64,000 nucleotides of DNA, taken from positions 1 to 64,000 of the forward strand of contig CALKUP010000006.1 of NCBI GenBank assembly GCA_937996685.1. The letters run 5' to 3'. Of this stretch, positions 40,379 to 50,235 are shown piece after piece. The DNA comes from an uncultured bacterium (GTDB lineage Bacteria > Patescibacteriota > Patescibacteriia > UBA9570 > XYC2-FULL-38-9). The number at the start of each line of letters is the position of its first letter. Position 1 is the first letter of the stretch. The notes beneath the pieces are model-generated. The model saw nothing but the letters and a program-made list of their open reading frames with translations, was not told where the DNA came from and searched no databases. Both the position numbers and the translations under genes were made by a program.

Positions 40379-41551
40379 CTATTGCGAATGCTTCATTGCT
40401 TCTAATAAACGCTCTTGCATCAACGCCCAGCGCCCTTCCCAACGATGCGCATCAGCCGCTTGCATGCGTCTCTCAATCTGTTCAACAGTATCATTTTGAA
40501 TCACATCTTCAATGCCTTTTGAAAAATCTTCCGGAGACACCGCGAGTGTCACAAGGTCACCAAATTGCTCAACTCCTGCGACCGCCGTTGTAATCACCGG
40601 CTTGCCTGCAGCAATGTATTCATAGAGCTTCAGCGGATTCATGCTTTGGGTAAACTGATCAATCGTGTGGGGAATAATAGCAATATCAAAACACGCGATG
40701 ATATTCGGCAGCTCTTCGTATGGTGTTTCTGTAATAATAGTGACGTTTGGTTTTTTTGCGAGATGCGCAACTTGTGCTTTCACCTCTTTCCAGATAAAGC
40801 CTGCAAGCACAAATTGAAAATCAGCATGTTTATCAACCAGGTATTCCAATAATGCAAAATTGACACGCGACTGAATGTTGCCATGATACCCAATCACCGG
40901 GCCTTTTAATCCAGAAATAGCCGGGACAGTACAGCGCCCGTTCGCAAAGAAATCAACATCAACACCGTTTGGAATATAGAGCACATTATCGCGCTTTCCA
41001 AAGAAATCAACCATTGCTTGTGAAACGGTAAAAATACAATCTGCTTCTTCACGAATGCGTTGATACCCTTCTTCCAGTTGCGGTTTCATTGCCGCATACG
41101 AGCCATGCTCCAACCAATTATCAACCGCATCAAAGACATGCGTTGCGCTCGGAAAAAAATCAAACACATCTGTTGCTAGTGGGTTATATGACCACACAAC
41201 CAAGTCTTCACTGTCTTCCACCTGAATTTTTTCTAAGACTTTTGGCAAATCACGCAATCGCAATACTCGAGCACGAATGTCATTCTTGTTCCCTTCTATT
41301 GTTTCGAGGGTCCATGTGTTGCCTTGCTCAATGGTGTGTTCATTCTTCTTCCACGGCTGATCACGCAACAGGTACTTCACTTGCTTTTTCCATGTGAACG
41401 GAAAAAAATCAACGCTGATAATTTTTGCAAACTCACCAGAATTCCGCGCTTGCTGCAAGATATGGAAGTTGCGATTCACAATTGAATGGTCCCAGTCATA
41501 CGCAAATGACATATTGATCATGAGTAATGTTTTTTGTGTGCGGTCGTTCAT
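40379..41551 (-). CDS. GT-B glycosyltransferase (TuaH-like)
   Basis: FDAVDNW, IPNGVD, NPLKLYEYIAAGKPV. Confidence 0.88.
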   Translation of the reverse strand: MNDRTQKTLLMINMSFAYDWDHSIVNRNFHILQQARNSGEFAKIISVDFFPFTWKKQVKYLLRDQPWKKNEHTIEQGNTWTLETIEGNKNDIRARVLRLRDLPKVLEKIQVEDSEDLVVWSYNPLATDVFDFFPSATHVFDAVDNWLEHGSYAAMKPQLEEGYQRIREEADCIFTVSQAMVDFFGKRDNVLYIPNGVDVDFFANGRCTVPAISGLKGPVIGYHGNIQSRVNFALLEYLVDKHADFQFVLAGFIWKEVKAQVAHLAKKPNVTIITETPYEELPNIIACFDIAIIPHTIDQFTQSMNPLKLYEYIAAGKPVITTAVAGVEQFGDLVTLAVSPEDFSKGIEDVIQNDTVEQIERRMQAADAHRWEGRWALMQERLLEAMKHSQ

Positions 41552-41557
41552 ACTATT

Positions 41558-42676
41558 CTATTCCGTTAAAATACCTTCTAATTTCTTTGCTTGAATACTC
41601 CATTCAAAATACTGCTTCACACGTCGTCTGCCCTCTTCACCAAACGAAACCGCAAGTACTGGGTCAGTGAGAATGGACACAATCGCTTGCTGTATCATAT
41701 CAATATCCATTGGATTGACAACGTACCCGTTTTCACCATCAAGCACCGCATCAAGCACGCCGCCACTTTTTCCGCCGATGACCGGCTTTCCAAAGCTTGC
41801 TGCTTCAACAAACACAATACCGAACCCTTCGACATCACGACTCGGGAGCTCGCGTGACGGCATTACAAACACATCGCAACGCGCATACCACGCGGCAATA
41901 TCTGCGTCCGTTGCTCTTCCGACAAACAGCACAATATCTGCAACGTCATTTTTTTGAACCAGCTCTTCCAGCATCCCGCGGTACGGTCCGTCTCCAACAA
42001 TAATATATCGCGCATCTGGCAATTGCTTTTTTACTAACTTCATACTTGCGATCACATAGTCAACGCCTTTGCGTTCCACCAAACGACCAATACTTACAAT
42101 CACCTGCTTGTCATGCAACTGATATCGCTCGTCGAGCTCTGCTGACATTGCAGCGCATTGATCTTCTGAATATCGAAAACCGTTGTAATGTGGGCACGGG
42201 TACAGTAAACGAATTTTCCGTGGATCAACATCAAACAATGATTCCAATTGCATCTTGGTGTATGTACTCACGGTTGTCACTGTGTGAGCCGACTGCAAAA
42301 TTAAGCGCATGAGACGCTGTTTGTGCTTCGACCCTTCCGGACCAAACGGAATTGTCACATCCATTGCGTGCGTCATGACGGTGTACGGCTTGCCTAAAAA
42401 CCACGACAAGATCAACGCAACTGTTCCAAGCGGCAAAATATGACCAACTAAAATATGCTCGATGCGCTCACGTCGAATTGTGCGATATGTCACCCAGAGG
42501 GCTTTCAGCCACTTTGGCCACAAAAATCGATTTGTAGACAATAATTGATGTGTAGAATTATCAAGCACAACAATTTGCCCTTCCGCAAATTCACCAACAA
42601 GGTTTTTGTAATAATGAGCAACGCCACCAATCATCGGCGGATACTCCAGCGTAATCAGTAACGTTTTTTTTATCAT
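41558..42676 (-). CDS. GT4 family glycosyltransferase (PimB-like)
   Basis: EYPPMIGG, GRLVERKG, EGFGIVFVEA. Confidence 0.9.
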   Translation of the reverse strand: MIKKTLLITLEYPPMIGGVAHYYKNLVGEFAEGQIVVLDNSTHQLLSTNRFLWPKWLKALWVTYRTIRRERIEHILVGHILPLGTVALILSWFLGKPYTVMTHAMDVTIPFGPEGSKHKQRLMRLILQSAHTVTTVSTYTKMQLESLFDVDPRKIRLLYPCPHYNGFRYSEDQCAAMSAELDERYQLHDKQVIVSIGRLVERKGVDYVIASMKLVKKQLPDARYIIVGDGPYRGMLEELVQKNDVADIVLFVGRATDADIAAWYARCDVFVMPSRELPSRDVEGFGIVFVEAASFGKPVIGGKSGGVLDAVLDGENGYVVNPMDIDMIQQAIVSILTDPVLAVSFGEEGRRRVKQYFEWSIQAKKLEGILTE

Positions 42677-44172
42677 ACCTTTGCGCGCTTCAATACTCGA
42701 GCAACTGATGATTGCACTTCAGTAATTTCAACAATCCGGAATAGCAGAACCAAAACAGCATAGACAACCACTGCAATCAAAACCACAATTGGGAATGGAT
42801 ACGCACCTTGCACCCAATATAAAATAAAGCCCATAATCAATGATGCGCCAGACAACTTCAAGAGCAACACGGTGTATGCCCACCAATCAATGTCAACGAT
42901 GCGGGCAACCTGAATTACATTCAATGTGACCAAGACAATACTCGATAACACAAACGCAACTGCAGAACCCATGAATGACCAAGTCGGGATCAGCGTGATA
43001 TTGACCGCAAGATTCACCGCCAACGCAATCGCCATATGAATGGTATTGAGATGTTGTTTATTTGCAGCATTCAACACATATCCAATCGGGTAATTCAAAA
43101 ATACAAACGGCAGAGAGAGACTCAAGACTTGCAACGCCGGGGCCGCCAGTTTAAAAAATGAACTCCACGCCAGAGTGATGATATTGTCACCAACAATCGC
43201 AATACCGACCATCATTGGAAATGAGATCAGTAAAATATATAAAATAGACTCTCGCAACAATGTATCAACTGTTGATTTTTTTTCTTGGATCGCGGCACTA
43301 ATGACCGGATAAAACACTGTCGCAAACGCACCAGGAATCACAGTAAGTGCAACGACCAACTTCATCGCGACTGAATAAATACTCACCGCTGTATCACCAA
43401 TAGTTGCTTTTAATAAAAACGTATCAGCCGAAGAATACACACGTGAGACCAGGCCCGCGATCGCAAATGGCAATGCCGCAATCAATATGCGTTTGAGTGT
43501 GAAAAATTGGCGTAGCTCATCAGACACTCCTTCGGCATCCCCTTTTCGCAATCGAAAGCGAAATCGAATTGTTGTTTTACGCAGCAGTTGAATGTATAAA
43601 AATGTACTTTGGACAATGGATCCAGCAACGAGCGCAGCTAAAAAGAAAATGACCGGAGCGTGGAAATACAACGCTGTGCAACCAACTGCGAAAATCATTG
43701 ATTGGTACAAAATAACACTCATCGCTTCCCATTCCAATCGACGCGTCGCACGGAAAATTGCGAACAGTGTGAACGAAATTGTGTCGAGCAAGATAATCAA
43801 CGAACCAAACCACACCATCTGCACATCAACAAAACTAATTTTATCAAAATATGGCTCAATCAGTGCGATAAAGATGCACGACGCAATAACACTCGCGACC
43901 ATCAACGGCGCTTTCAAACGAACAATTTTAGTGACAATAAATTGCAAATTCGATTCATGTTTCGCGCCTTCTCGAATCAAAATCTGACCGAGACCAAAGT
44001 CCATGAAAATAATAACAATCGACGTATACGAAAGCGCAAACGTGTAATGGCTCAAGTCCACTTGCAGCGCATCTGAAATAAATTTGTAATACACAAAAGC
44101 CACCACTTTTTGCATCATTGACGCAATGGTGAGGTAGGTTGTATTTTTTACAATCCGATCTTTTGCTGACAT
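42673..44172 (-). CDS. Wzx/MOP-family oligosaccharide flippase
   Basis: Polytopic membrane protein; IVKNT, DFGL, NITLIP..SFMGSAVA. Confidence 0.87.
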   Translation of the reverse strand: MSAKDRIVKNTTYLTIASMMQKVVAFVYYKFISDALQVDLSHYTFALSYTSIVIIFMDFGLGQILIREGAKHESNLQFIVTKIVRLKAPLMVASVIASCIFIALIEPYFDKISFVDVQMVWFGSLIILLDTISFTLFAIFRATRRLEWEAMSVILYQSMIFAVGCTALYFHAPVIFFLAALVAGSIVQSTFLYIQLLRKTTIRFRFRLRKGDAEGVSDELRQFFTLKRILIAALPFAIAGLVSRVYSSADTFLLKATIGDTAVSIYSVAMKLVVALTVIPGAFATVFYPVISAAIQEKKSTVDTLLRESILYILLISFPMMVGIAIVGDNIITLAWSSFFKLAAPALQVLSLSLPFVFLNYPIGYVLNAANKQHLNTIHMAIALAVNLAVNITLIPTWSFMGSAVAFVLSSIVLVTLNVIQVARIVDIDWWAYTVLLLKLSGASLIMGFILYWVQGAYPFPIVVLIAVVVYAVLVLLFRIVEITEVQSSVARVLKRAKV

Positions 44173-44224
44173 AGGCTCTGATCAGAGTACCAGAAAAAAG
44201 AGATTCCGTACAGGCATTTCAAAC

Positions 44225-44250
44225 AAAAAACCCTGCTGTTTGCAGGGCCT
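44225..44250 (-). terminator. Intrinsic terminator of the alpha/rplM-rpsI operon
   Basis: Minus strand GGCCCTGC-aaaca-GCAGGGTTTTTT directly after the rpsI stop. Confidence 0.8.
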
Positions 44251-44257
44251 TTGAAAG

Positions 44258-44695
44258 TTACCGTTTTGACCATTGAGAGGACTTACGAGCCCGTTTCAAA
44301 CCTGGTTTTTTACGTTCTTTACGACGTGAGTCACGAGTCAAGAAACCAAATGGTTTGACTGTACCTCGGAAATCTTCGTGCAAACGAACCAATAACCGTG
44401 TCAATCCATGACGAACAGCTTCAGCTTGTGAATGCTTTCCACCTGAAACAACTTTCACAGTGAAATATCCATCAACACCGTTTGTATTCAAACGAAGGAG
44501 TTGATCAATAACATCAACTTCTGTTGCCGCAAAATATTCATTCATTGGCTTTTCATTGATGATGATTGTTCCTGGCTTTTGCTTGTCATCAGTATAAAAC
44601 CGAACGCGAGCAACCGCTGTTTTACGACGACCAACTGCATAAATGTATGGCAATTTTGTCGATTTTTTTGAAGTAAGTGTTCCTGTATTTTCCAT
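44258..44695 (-). CDS. rpsI: 30S ribosomal protein S9
   Basis: GRRKTAVARV, GGK.SQAEAVRHG, ERKKPGLKRARK..QWSKR. Confidence 0.97.
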   Translation of the reverse strand: MENTGTLTSKKSTKLPYIYAVGRRKTAVARVRFYTDDKQKPGTIIINEKPMNEYFAATEVDVIDQLLRLNTNGVDGYFTVKVVSGGKHSQAEAVRHGLTRLLVRLHEDFRGTVKPFGFLTRDSRRKERKKPGLKRARKSSQWSKR

Positions 44696-44699
44696 AACT

Positions 44700-45062
44700 C
44701 TATGATTCAATCGTTAAGCGTTTCAACTGACCAGTACGCAGACGAGTTTCTGGAAGCATCAGGCGAACTGACATTCGAAGCATCTTTGCTGGATCATTTT
44801 CCATCAAGTCTTTTGCTGATGTTGTACGAATACCACCTGGATACAATGTACTACGATGGTATACTTTTTGATCAAGTTTCTTTCCTGTGAGTTTCATGTA
44901 TTTTACATTTTGTACAAATACAGCGTCTCCACAATCAAGATGTGCTTCGAACGAAGGTTTATTTTTACCGCGAAGCAATGTCGCGATTTGTGACGCAAGG
45001 CGACCAAGTGATTGATCAGTTGCGTCGATAACGTGGGTTTGTCTTTGGATAGTCTTTGCCAT
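44700..45062 (-). CDS. rplM: 50S ribosomal protein L13 (short form)
   Basis: IDA..QSLGRLAS, LRGKNKP, DCGD. Confidence 0.96.
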   Translation of the reverse strand: MAKTIQRQTHVIDATDQSLGRLASQIATLLRGKNKPSFEAHLDCGDAVFVQNVKYMKLTGKKLDQKVYHRSTLYPGGIRTTSAKDLMENDPAKMLRMSVRLMLPETRLRTGQLKRLTIES

Positions 45063-45067
45063 ACAGA

Positions 45068-45421
45068 TTAATCAACCAATTGTAAAATAACTTGCTGCGC
45101 GTTATCGCCTTTGCGATTTTCCACTTTTACAGCAGAGATATATCCACCTGGACGAGTCACAAATCGTGGACTCACTGAGTTCACAACATGCAGAGCAGCT
45201 TCCTTGTTTCCAAGAACGCTTTCAATGTGACGAATAGTGTGCACAGATTTTACTTTGCCTTTTGTAATAATTGGCTCAACAAATTGCTTTAAAGCTTTTG
45301 CTTTCGCTGGTGTGGTTTGAATTTTGCCCGACTTCAAGAGTGAAATCGCAAGTGTACGCAACAGTGCTGTACGAACGCTCGCGGTTCGGTCAAGAGTGGA
45401 TTTTTGTACTCGATGTCTCAT
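45068..45421 (-). CDS. rplQ: 50S ribosomal protein L17
   Basis: MRHR, IQTTPAKAK, RPGGY, RKGDNA. Confidence 0.96.
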   Translation of the reverse strand: MRHRVQKSTLDRTASVRTALLRTLAISLLKSGKIQTTPAKAKALKQFVEPIITKGKVKSVHTIRHIESVLGNKEAALHVVNSVSPRFVTRPGGYISAVKVENRKGDNAQQVILQLVD

Positions 45422-45425
45422 AGCG

Positions 45426-46169
45426 TTATTCTGCTTCTTCTACTGATTCTTCTACAACTTCCGCTGATGCTACTTCGACACCGTCAGACATTCCGCGTGT
45501 TAACACACCGAATTGTTCAACAAGAATTTCTGCAGCCATTTGGAAGGCCTCTTCTGGAGCGATTGTTCCGTCTGTTGCAATGTCCAATGACAATTTGTCA
45601 AAGTTGGTCATTTCACCGACACGAACGTGTTCAGTGTGAAAGTTCACATTACGAACAGGAGTGTAAATTGAATCGATTGCAATGTAACCGATTTCCAATT
45701 TTTCGTTTTCACGTTCTTCAACTGGAACGTATCCACGACCTTTTTGCACGATTGCTTTCAAATGAAATTCACCAGCTTTATCTGTCATTGTTGCAATAAC
45801 AGCTTCAGGGTTTACTACTTCAACAAGCGCGTCTTTTTCAAATTGACCTGCAGTGATGACGCCTTCGCCAGTTGCATGCAATTCAATTTCTACTGGTTCA
45901 TCACCGTGAACACGGAAACGAAGATTTTTAACGTTCAAAATGATTTCAACAACGTCTTCTTTTACGTGATCGATTGTTGAAAATTCATGGTCAACGCCTT
46001 TCATTTTAACAGCTGTCACCGCAGCGCCTGGCAATGAAGACAGAAGCACGCGACGCATTGCGTTGCCAAGTGTTGTACCGTATCCCGGATAACACGGAGA
46101 AACGGTAATGACATCGTGATGCTCGCCCACATTTTGTGCTGAGATGATGTTTGGTAATGTAATATCCAT
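45426..46169 (-). CDS. rpoA: RNA polymerase alpha subunit, lacking the C-terminal domain
   Basis: GYGTTLGNAMRRVLLSS, HEFSTI, GRGYV, IDSIYTPV; ends at 247 aa. Confidence 0.96.
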   Translation of the reverse strand: MDITLPNIISAQNVGEHHDVITVSPCYPGYGTTLGNAMRRVLLSSLPGAAVTAVKMKGVDHEFSTIDHVKEDVVEIILNVKNLRFRVHGDEPVEIELHATGEGVITAGQFEKDALVEVVNPEAVIATMTDKAGEFHLKAIVQKGRGYVPVEERENEKLEIGYIAIDSIYTPVRNVNFHTEHVRVGEMTNFDKLSLDIATDGTIAPEEAFQMAAEILVEQFGVLTRGMSDGVEVASAEVVEESVEEAE

Positions 46170-46190
46170 ATGCGTTTTTGTTCGTGTTTA

Positions 46191-46799
46191 TTAACGAGAA
46201 TAAAATTCGATAATGAGATTCATTGCAACGCTTTGTTCAAAGTCTTCTTGAGCTGGCAACGCAGTAACGGTTGCTTTCCAATTTGAACGATCAACAGAGA
46301 GCCATGGAGCAACTGTTTCAGGAACTTGACGCTCAGTAAATAGGTTGCTGGTCTTTGACTTTGGACGAAGTTCAAGAACATCACCAATACGAACTGCACG
46401 TGAAGGGATATCACAACGACGTCCGTTTACGAGAAAATGTCCGTGAGTCACCATTTGACGCGCTTGACGACGAGTATCAGCAAATCCAGCACGGTATACT
46501 GCGTTATCTAAACGTGTTTCAACGAGTTCAACGAATTTTGAAGCGGTATTTCCAGATGCTTCACTCGCCTTTTTGAAGTAGTTTGAAAATTGTTTTTCCA
46601 AAATACCATACAAAGCTTTCGCTTTTTGTTTTTCACGCAATTGAATACCATATTCAGTTAAACGTGCGCGATTCCCTTGTTTTGGACCATGTTGTCCAGG
46701 GATGAATGGACGTCGGATGACGGCACATTTTTGTTTACCACAAACGCTTTCGCCAATGCGTCGGCAGGTTTTACAAGTTGGTCGTAGATTTCTAGCCAT
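46191..46799 (-). CDS. rpsD: 30S ribosomal protein S4
   Basis: PGQHG, QLREKQK, ETRLDN, ARQMVTHGH, IIEFYSR. Confidence 0.97.
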   Translation of the reverse strand: MARNLRPTCKTCRRIGESVCGKQKCAVIRRPFIPGQHGPKQGNRARLTEYGIQLREKQKAKALYGILEKQFSNYFKKASEASGNTASKFVELVETRLDNAVYRAGFADTRRQARQMVTHGHFLVNGRRCDIPSRAVRIGDVLELRPKSKTSNLFTERQVPETVAPWLSVDRSNWKATVTALPAQEDFEQSVAMNLIIEFYSR

Positions 46800-46816
46800 A
46801 ATAGTTATTCATTCAA

Positions 46817-47263
46817 TTACATCCGTCGTGCCTTCTTTGGACGACATCCGTTATGTGGGATTGGAGTCACATCACGAATACTGAGCATATTAAATCCTTG
46901 AGCGTTGATCGCGCGAATTGCGCCATCACGACCGCTTCCAACACCACGCACGAGCACATCAACATCACGCAACCCCATTTCATGCACTTTTTCAGCGGCA
47001 GCTTTTACAATAATACCAGCGGCATATGGAGTGGATTTCTTTGGGCCTTTGAACCCGCAACGTCCAGCAGATGATTGCGCGAGCGCATTTCCGTGTGGAT
47101 CAGTGAAGGTGATAATTGTGTTGTTATATGTTGCAGTAACATATACACGTCCTCGTGGAACTTGTTTCTTCTTGTTCTTTTTGCGTTTCGCCTTTGGCGC
47201 AGCGTCTTCTGTTGTTGGCTCTGCAGCCTCAACCGGCGCTTCTTGTTTCATTTCTTCAGTCAT
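46817..47263 (-). CDS. rpsK: 30S ribosomal protein S11
   Basis: TYNNTI, KKSTPYAA, DVTPIPHNGCRP. Confidence 0.97.
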   Translation of the reverse strand: MTEEMKQEAPVEAAEPTTEDAAPKAKRKKNKKKQVPRGRVYVTATYNNTIITFTDPHGNALAQSSAGRCGFKGPKKSTPYAAGIIVKAAAEKVHEMGLRDVDVLVRGVGSGRDGAIRAINAQGFNMLSIRDVTPIPHNGCRPKKARRM

Positions 47264-47288
47264 AAATCGTTTCTATTATCTAGGCAAA

Positions 47289-47681
47289 TTATGTCTTTTG
47301 AGCTGCTTTTGCCTTACCAGAACCAGCTGTTCGACGAACGTTTCCACGAGTTGTTCGATTGTTCGTTTTTGTTCGTTGTCCACGCACTGGAAGGTGACGT
47401 GAATGACGGTAGCCGCGATATGAACCAATTTCTTTCAGGCGCTTGATGTGTGACAAGATGTCACGACGTAAATCACCTTCGATTTTTAAACCGCCTTGCT
47501 CAACTGCTTCACGCAATTTTTGCTCATCAGTTTCCGATAAATCTTTCACACGAACGTCAGGGTTGACGCCTGTTGTCTGAATGATTTTTGCCGCAATTGA
47601 CGGACCGATTCCGTAAATATACGTCAACGCGATTTCAACGCGTTTCTCTTTTGGTAGTGTTACTCCTGCAATACGTGCCAT
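47289..47681 (-). CDS. rpsM: 30S ribosomal protein S13
   Basis: [23 protein letters not shown]. Confidence 0.97.
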   Translation of the reverse strand: MARIAGVTLPKEKRVEIALTYIYGIGPSIAAKIIQTTGVNPDVRVKDLSETDEQKLREAVEQGGLKIEGDLRRDILSHIKRLKEIGSYRGYRHSRHLPVRGQRTKTNNRTTRGNVRRTAGSGKAKAAQKT

Positions 47682-47686
47682 ACGGG

Positions 47687-47803
47687 TTATCCTTGACGTT
47701 GTTTATGCTTAGAATTTGCCGAACACAGAACGTGTACTCGACCGCGGCGTCGGATTGTTTTGCAATCCTTGCAGCGCTTTTTAACTGATGCTTGTACTTT
47801 CAT
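47687..47803 (-). CDS. rpmJ: 50S ribosomal protein L36 (missing from the ORF track)
   Basis: Manual translation [38 protein letters not shown]. Confidence 0.96.
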   Translation of the reverse strand: MKVQASVKKRCKDCKTIRRRGRVHVLCSANSKHKQRQG

Positions 47804-47807
47804 AAGA

Positions 47808-48050
47808 TTAGAGACGCTTTGTTATTCTTCCTTTCGTTAGATCATACGGTGTCATTTCCACAATGACTTGATCTCCTGGCAACACGCGAATTTTGTACAT
47901 TCGCATTTTCCCAGAGAGCATGGCTCGGACTTCATGGCCAGTTTCGAGGGTGACGCGGAAGGCTGCGTTTGGCAGCATCTCCTCAACGAACCCTGGAACC
48001 TCAATGAAACCCTTTTTATTCGCTTTAATTTGTGTGGTCGCTGTACTCAC
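47808..48050 (-). CDS. infA: Translation initiation factor IF-1
   Basis: [24 protein letters not shown]. Confidence 0.95.
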   Translation of the reverse strand: MSTATTQIKANKKGFIEVPGFVEEMLPNAAFRVTLETGHEVRAMLSGKMRMYKIRVLPGDQVIVEMTPYDLTKGRITKRL

Positions 48051-48072
48051 ATTGAAGCGTTACTCATTAAAT

Positions 48073-48226
48073 TTTGAAATAATCAGCAAGCAAGGAAAAA
48101 CGGCCTCTCCGTATTATGCCCTTCGATCAATATGCGAAGCGCGCCGGAAAAGGCTTGAATTGGATGAATCTCCTTTACTATTGCAGATTCTTAGCCGAAT
48201 TCATGAAAGTCTGCTGATTTTTCAAA
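48073..48226 (-). ncRNA. Candidate structured 5' leader of the infA-alpha operon
   Basis: Closing stem UUUGAAA-AAUCAGCA / UGCUGAUU-A-UUUCAAA encloses two further hairpins; lies between the promoter and infA. Confidence 0.45.
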
Positions 48227-48234
48227 GCTCGTGG

Positions 48235-48263
48235 AGTATACAATAGACTAAAAACTATGTCAA
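48235..48263 (-). promoter_or_regulatory. Strong sigma70 promoter of the infA-alpha operon
   Basis: TTGACA-17 nt-TATACT. Confidence 0.75.
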
Positions 48264-48274
48264 ATGCACGGCTT

Positions 48275-50110
48275 TTACTTCTGATTGGCTTTCACGATCG
48301 CTTTAATACGACGAATGCCAGCCGCTGAAGACTTTTCGGAAGTAATGTGGAATTCTTCCAGCTCTTCTGTGTTTTCAACGTGTGGGCCACCACAAATTTC
48401 AATCGCAAATGGATTGTCCTCGGGTCCGATATAATAGACCTTCACTTTATTCCCAAGGCGCGCATATTCATCATCAAAATAGCCAATTGCACCTAATGCC
48501 TTTGCTTCATCAACGTCTAATTCTTTCCAGAATACTGGTTGCTTTAACGCAATTTGTTCGTTAATCACACGATCAAGTTCGGTTTTTTCTTCTGGTGTCA
48601 GCGCCTTGTCGTAATTAAAATCAAAGCGCAAGCGATCTGGTGTAATATTTGAACCCTTTTGCATGATTTGCTCGCCAAGCATATTTTTCAATGCTTTGTG
48701 CAACAAATGTGTTGCCGTATGCAAACGACGTGATTCAATCGAATGGTCAGCGAGACCGCCTTTGAACTTTTTCATACTCCCCGCTCGAGACGTATTTTGA
48801 TGTTTTTCAAATTCTTGATCAAACGACATTTCATCAACATTCGCTCCCCGTTCACGGGCGAGCTCAACAGTCATTTCAATTGGAAAGCCGTACGTTGAAA
48901 ACAAAATAAATGCATCGTGTCCTGAAATACTTTGCTTATCTTTTTCAATCAACTTTTCAAATTCTTTCATTCCTTTTTCAAGGGTTGCGCCAAATTTTTG
49001 CTCTTCTGCCCCAAGCCACTCAAGAACACGAGATGAATTTTCCACCAACTCTGGATATGCCTCTCCGTACATTGTCGTCACCTCTTGCGCAAGTGTTGAT
49101 AAAAACTCACCAGTCGCGCCTAATGCACGGCCTTCGCGAATTGCACGACGAATCAACCGTCGAACGATATAGCCTTGATCAACATTACTTGGTGGAATGC
49201 CAAAATGATCACCCATAATAAACACAACGGTTCGCAAATGATCTGCAATAATACGCATTCCAGCCATATGATTACCTTCATATGTTTTGCCGGTCACTGC
49301 TTCAATTTTCTTTATCAGTTGTTGAAAAATATCGATTTCAAAGACTGTCTGCGCGCCTTGAGAGACCATCGCAAGACGTTCTAATCCCCAGCCGACATCA
49401 ACGTTTTGTTTTGGCAATGTATCAAAGCCGCCTTTTCCATCTTTTGCGTATTGCATGAAGACGTCGTTTCCAATTTCGATAATATCACCGCGATCACACG
49501 CCGCAACAAATTCATCGTGCGATAAATCACCAAGCTCGCCAGTTGTATCATAAAAAATTTCTGTATCTGGACCGCATGGGCCAGTATTTCCTGGAAGATC
49601 CCAAAAATTATCTTTGCGTCCTAAAAAGTAAATGCGATCCTCGGGCATTCCAGCGCGCTTCCAAATATCAGCCGCCTGCGTATCTTGCGGAATATCGTGC
49701 TCGCCTTCAAAACATGTGACATATAAACGAGACAGCGGTAAGCCAAGTCCGACTTCTTCCGATGTCATAAATTCAAATGTCCACGCAATGGTGTCTTCTT
49801 TAAAATAATCACCGAGACTCCAAAAACCGAGCATTTCAAAAAAGGTCAAATGACGATTATCACCGACTTCATCAATATCAATGGTGCGAACGCATTTCTG
49901 GGAATCCGTCAGACGCGTGCCTTCTGGGTGTGGCTCGCCCATTAAATATGGAACCAGCGGATACATCCCGGAGTTCGTAAACAGTAATGTTGGGTCGTTT
50001 TCTGGAATCAATGAACCAGAAGGAATCACGACGTGACCTTTTGACTCAAAATACGCAAGAAAGCGGCGGCGGATTTCATTTGTCGACAAGATATGTGCTG
50101 GATGTTGCAT
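48275..50110 (-). CDS. alaS: Alanine--tRNA ligase, short form without C-Ala domain
   Basis: DPTLLFTNSGM, HLTFFEMLG, GPCGPDTE, GLERL, editing HTATH and CGGPH. Confidence 0.96.
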   Translation of the reverse strand: MQHPAHILSTNEIRRRFLAYFESKGHVVIPSGSLIPENDPTLLFTNSGMYPLVPYLMGEPHPEGTRLTDSQKCVRTIDIDEVGDNRHLTFFEMLGFWSLGDYFKEDTIAWTFEFMTSEEVGLGLPLSRLYVTCFEGEHDIPQDTQAADIWKRAGMPEDRIYFLGRKDNFWDLPGNTGPCGPDTEIFYDTTGELGDLSHDEFVAACDRGDIIEIGNDVFMQYAKDGKGGFDTLPKQNVDVGWGLERLAMVSQGAQTVFEIDIFQQLIKKIEAVTGKTYEGNHMAGMRIIADHLRTVVFIMGDHFGIPPSNVDQGYIVRRLIRRAIREGRALGATGEFLSTLAQEVTTMYGEAYPELVENSSRVLEWLGAEEQKFGATLEKGMKEFEKLIEKDKQSISGHDAFILFSTYGFPIEMTVELARERGANVDEMSFDQEFEKHQNTSRAGSMKKFKGGLADHSIESRRLHTATHLLHKALKNMLGEQIMQKGSNITPDRLRFDFNYDKALTPEEKTELDRVINEQIALKQPVFWKELDVDEAKALGAIGYFDDEYARLGNKVKVYYIGPEDNPFAIEICGGPHVENTEELEEFHITSEKSSAAGIRRIKAIVKANQK

Positions 50111-50190
50111 AAAAATCAAAATATGACGTACTAAAGGATACGCCTTATTATTATTGATTTTTTGCTGCCTGTAAAGCGACTCTGTCTAAT

Positions 50191-50229
50191 AAAGAAAGGT
50201 GGGACTGGCAGTGTAAAACAACCAGCCCC
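50191..50229 (-). terminator. Possible terminator after the response regulator
   Basis: Minus strand GGGGCTGG...CCAGTCCC followed by CTTTCTTT. Confidence 0.4.
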
Positions 50230-50235
50230 GAGGTA

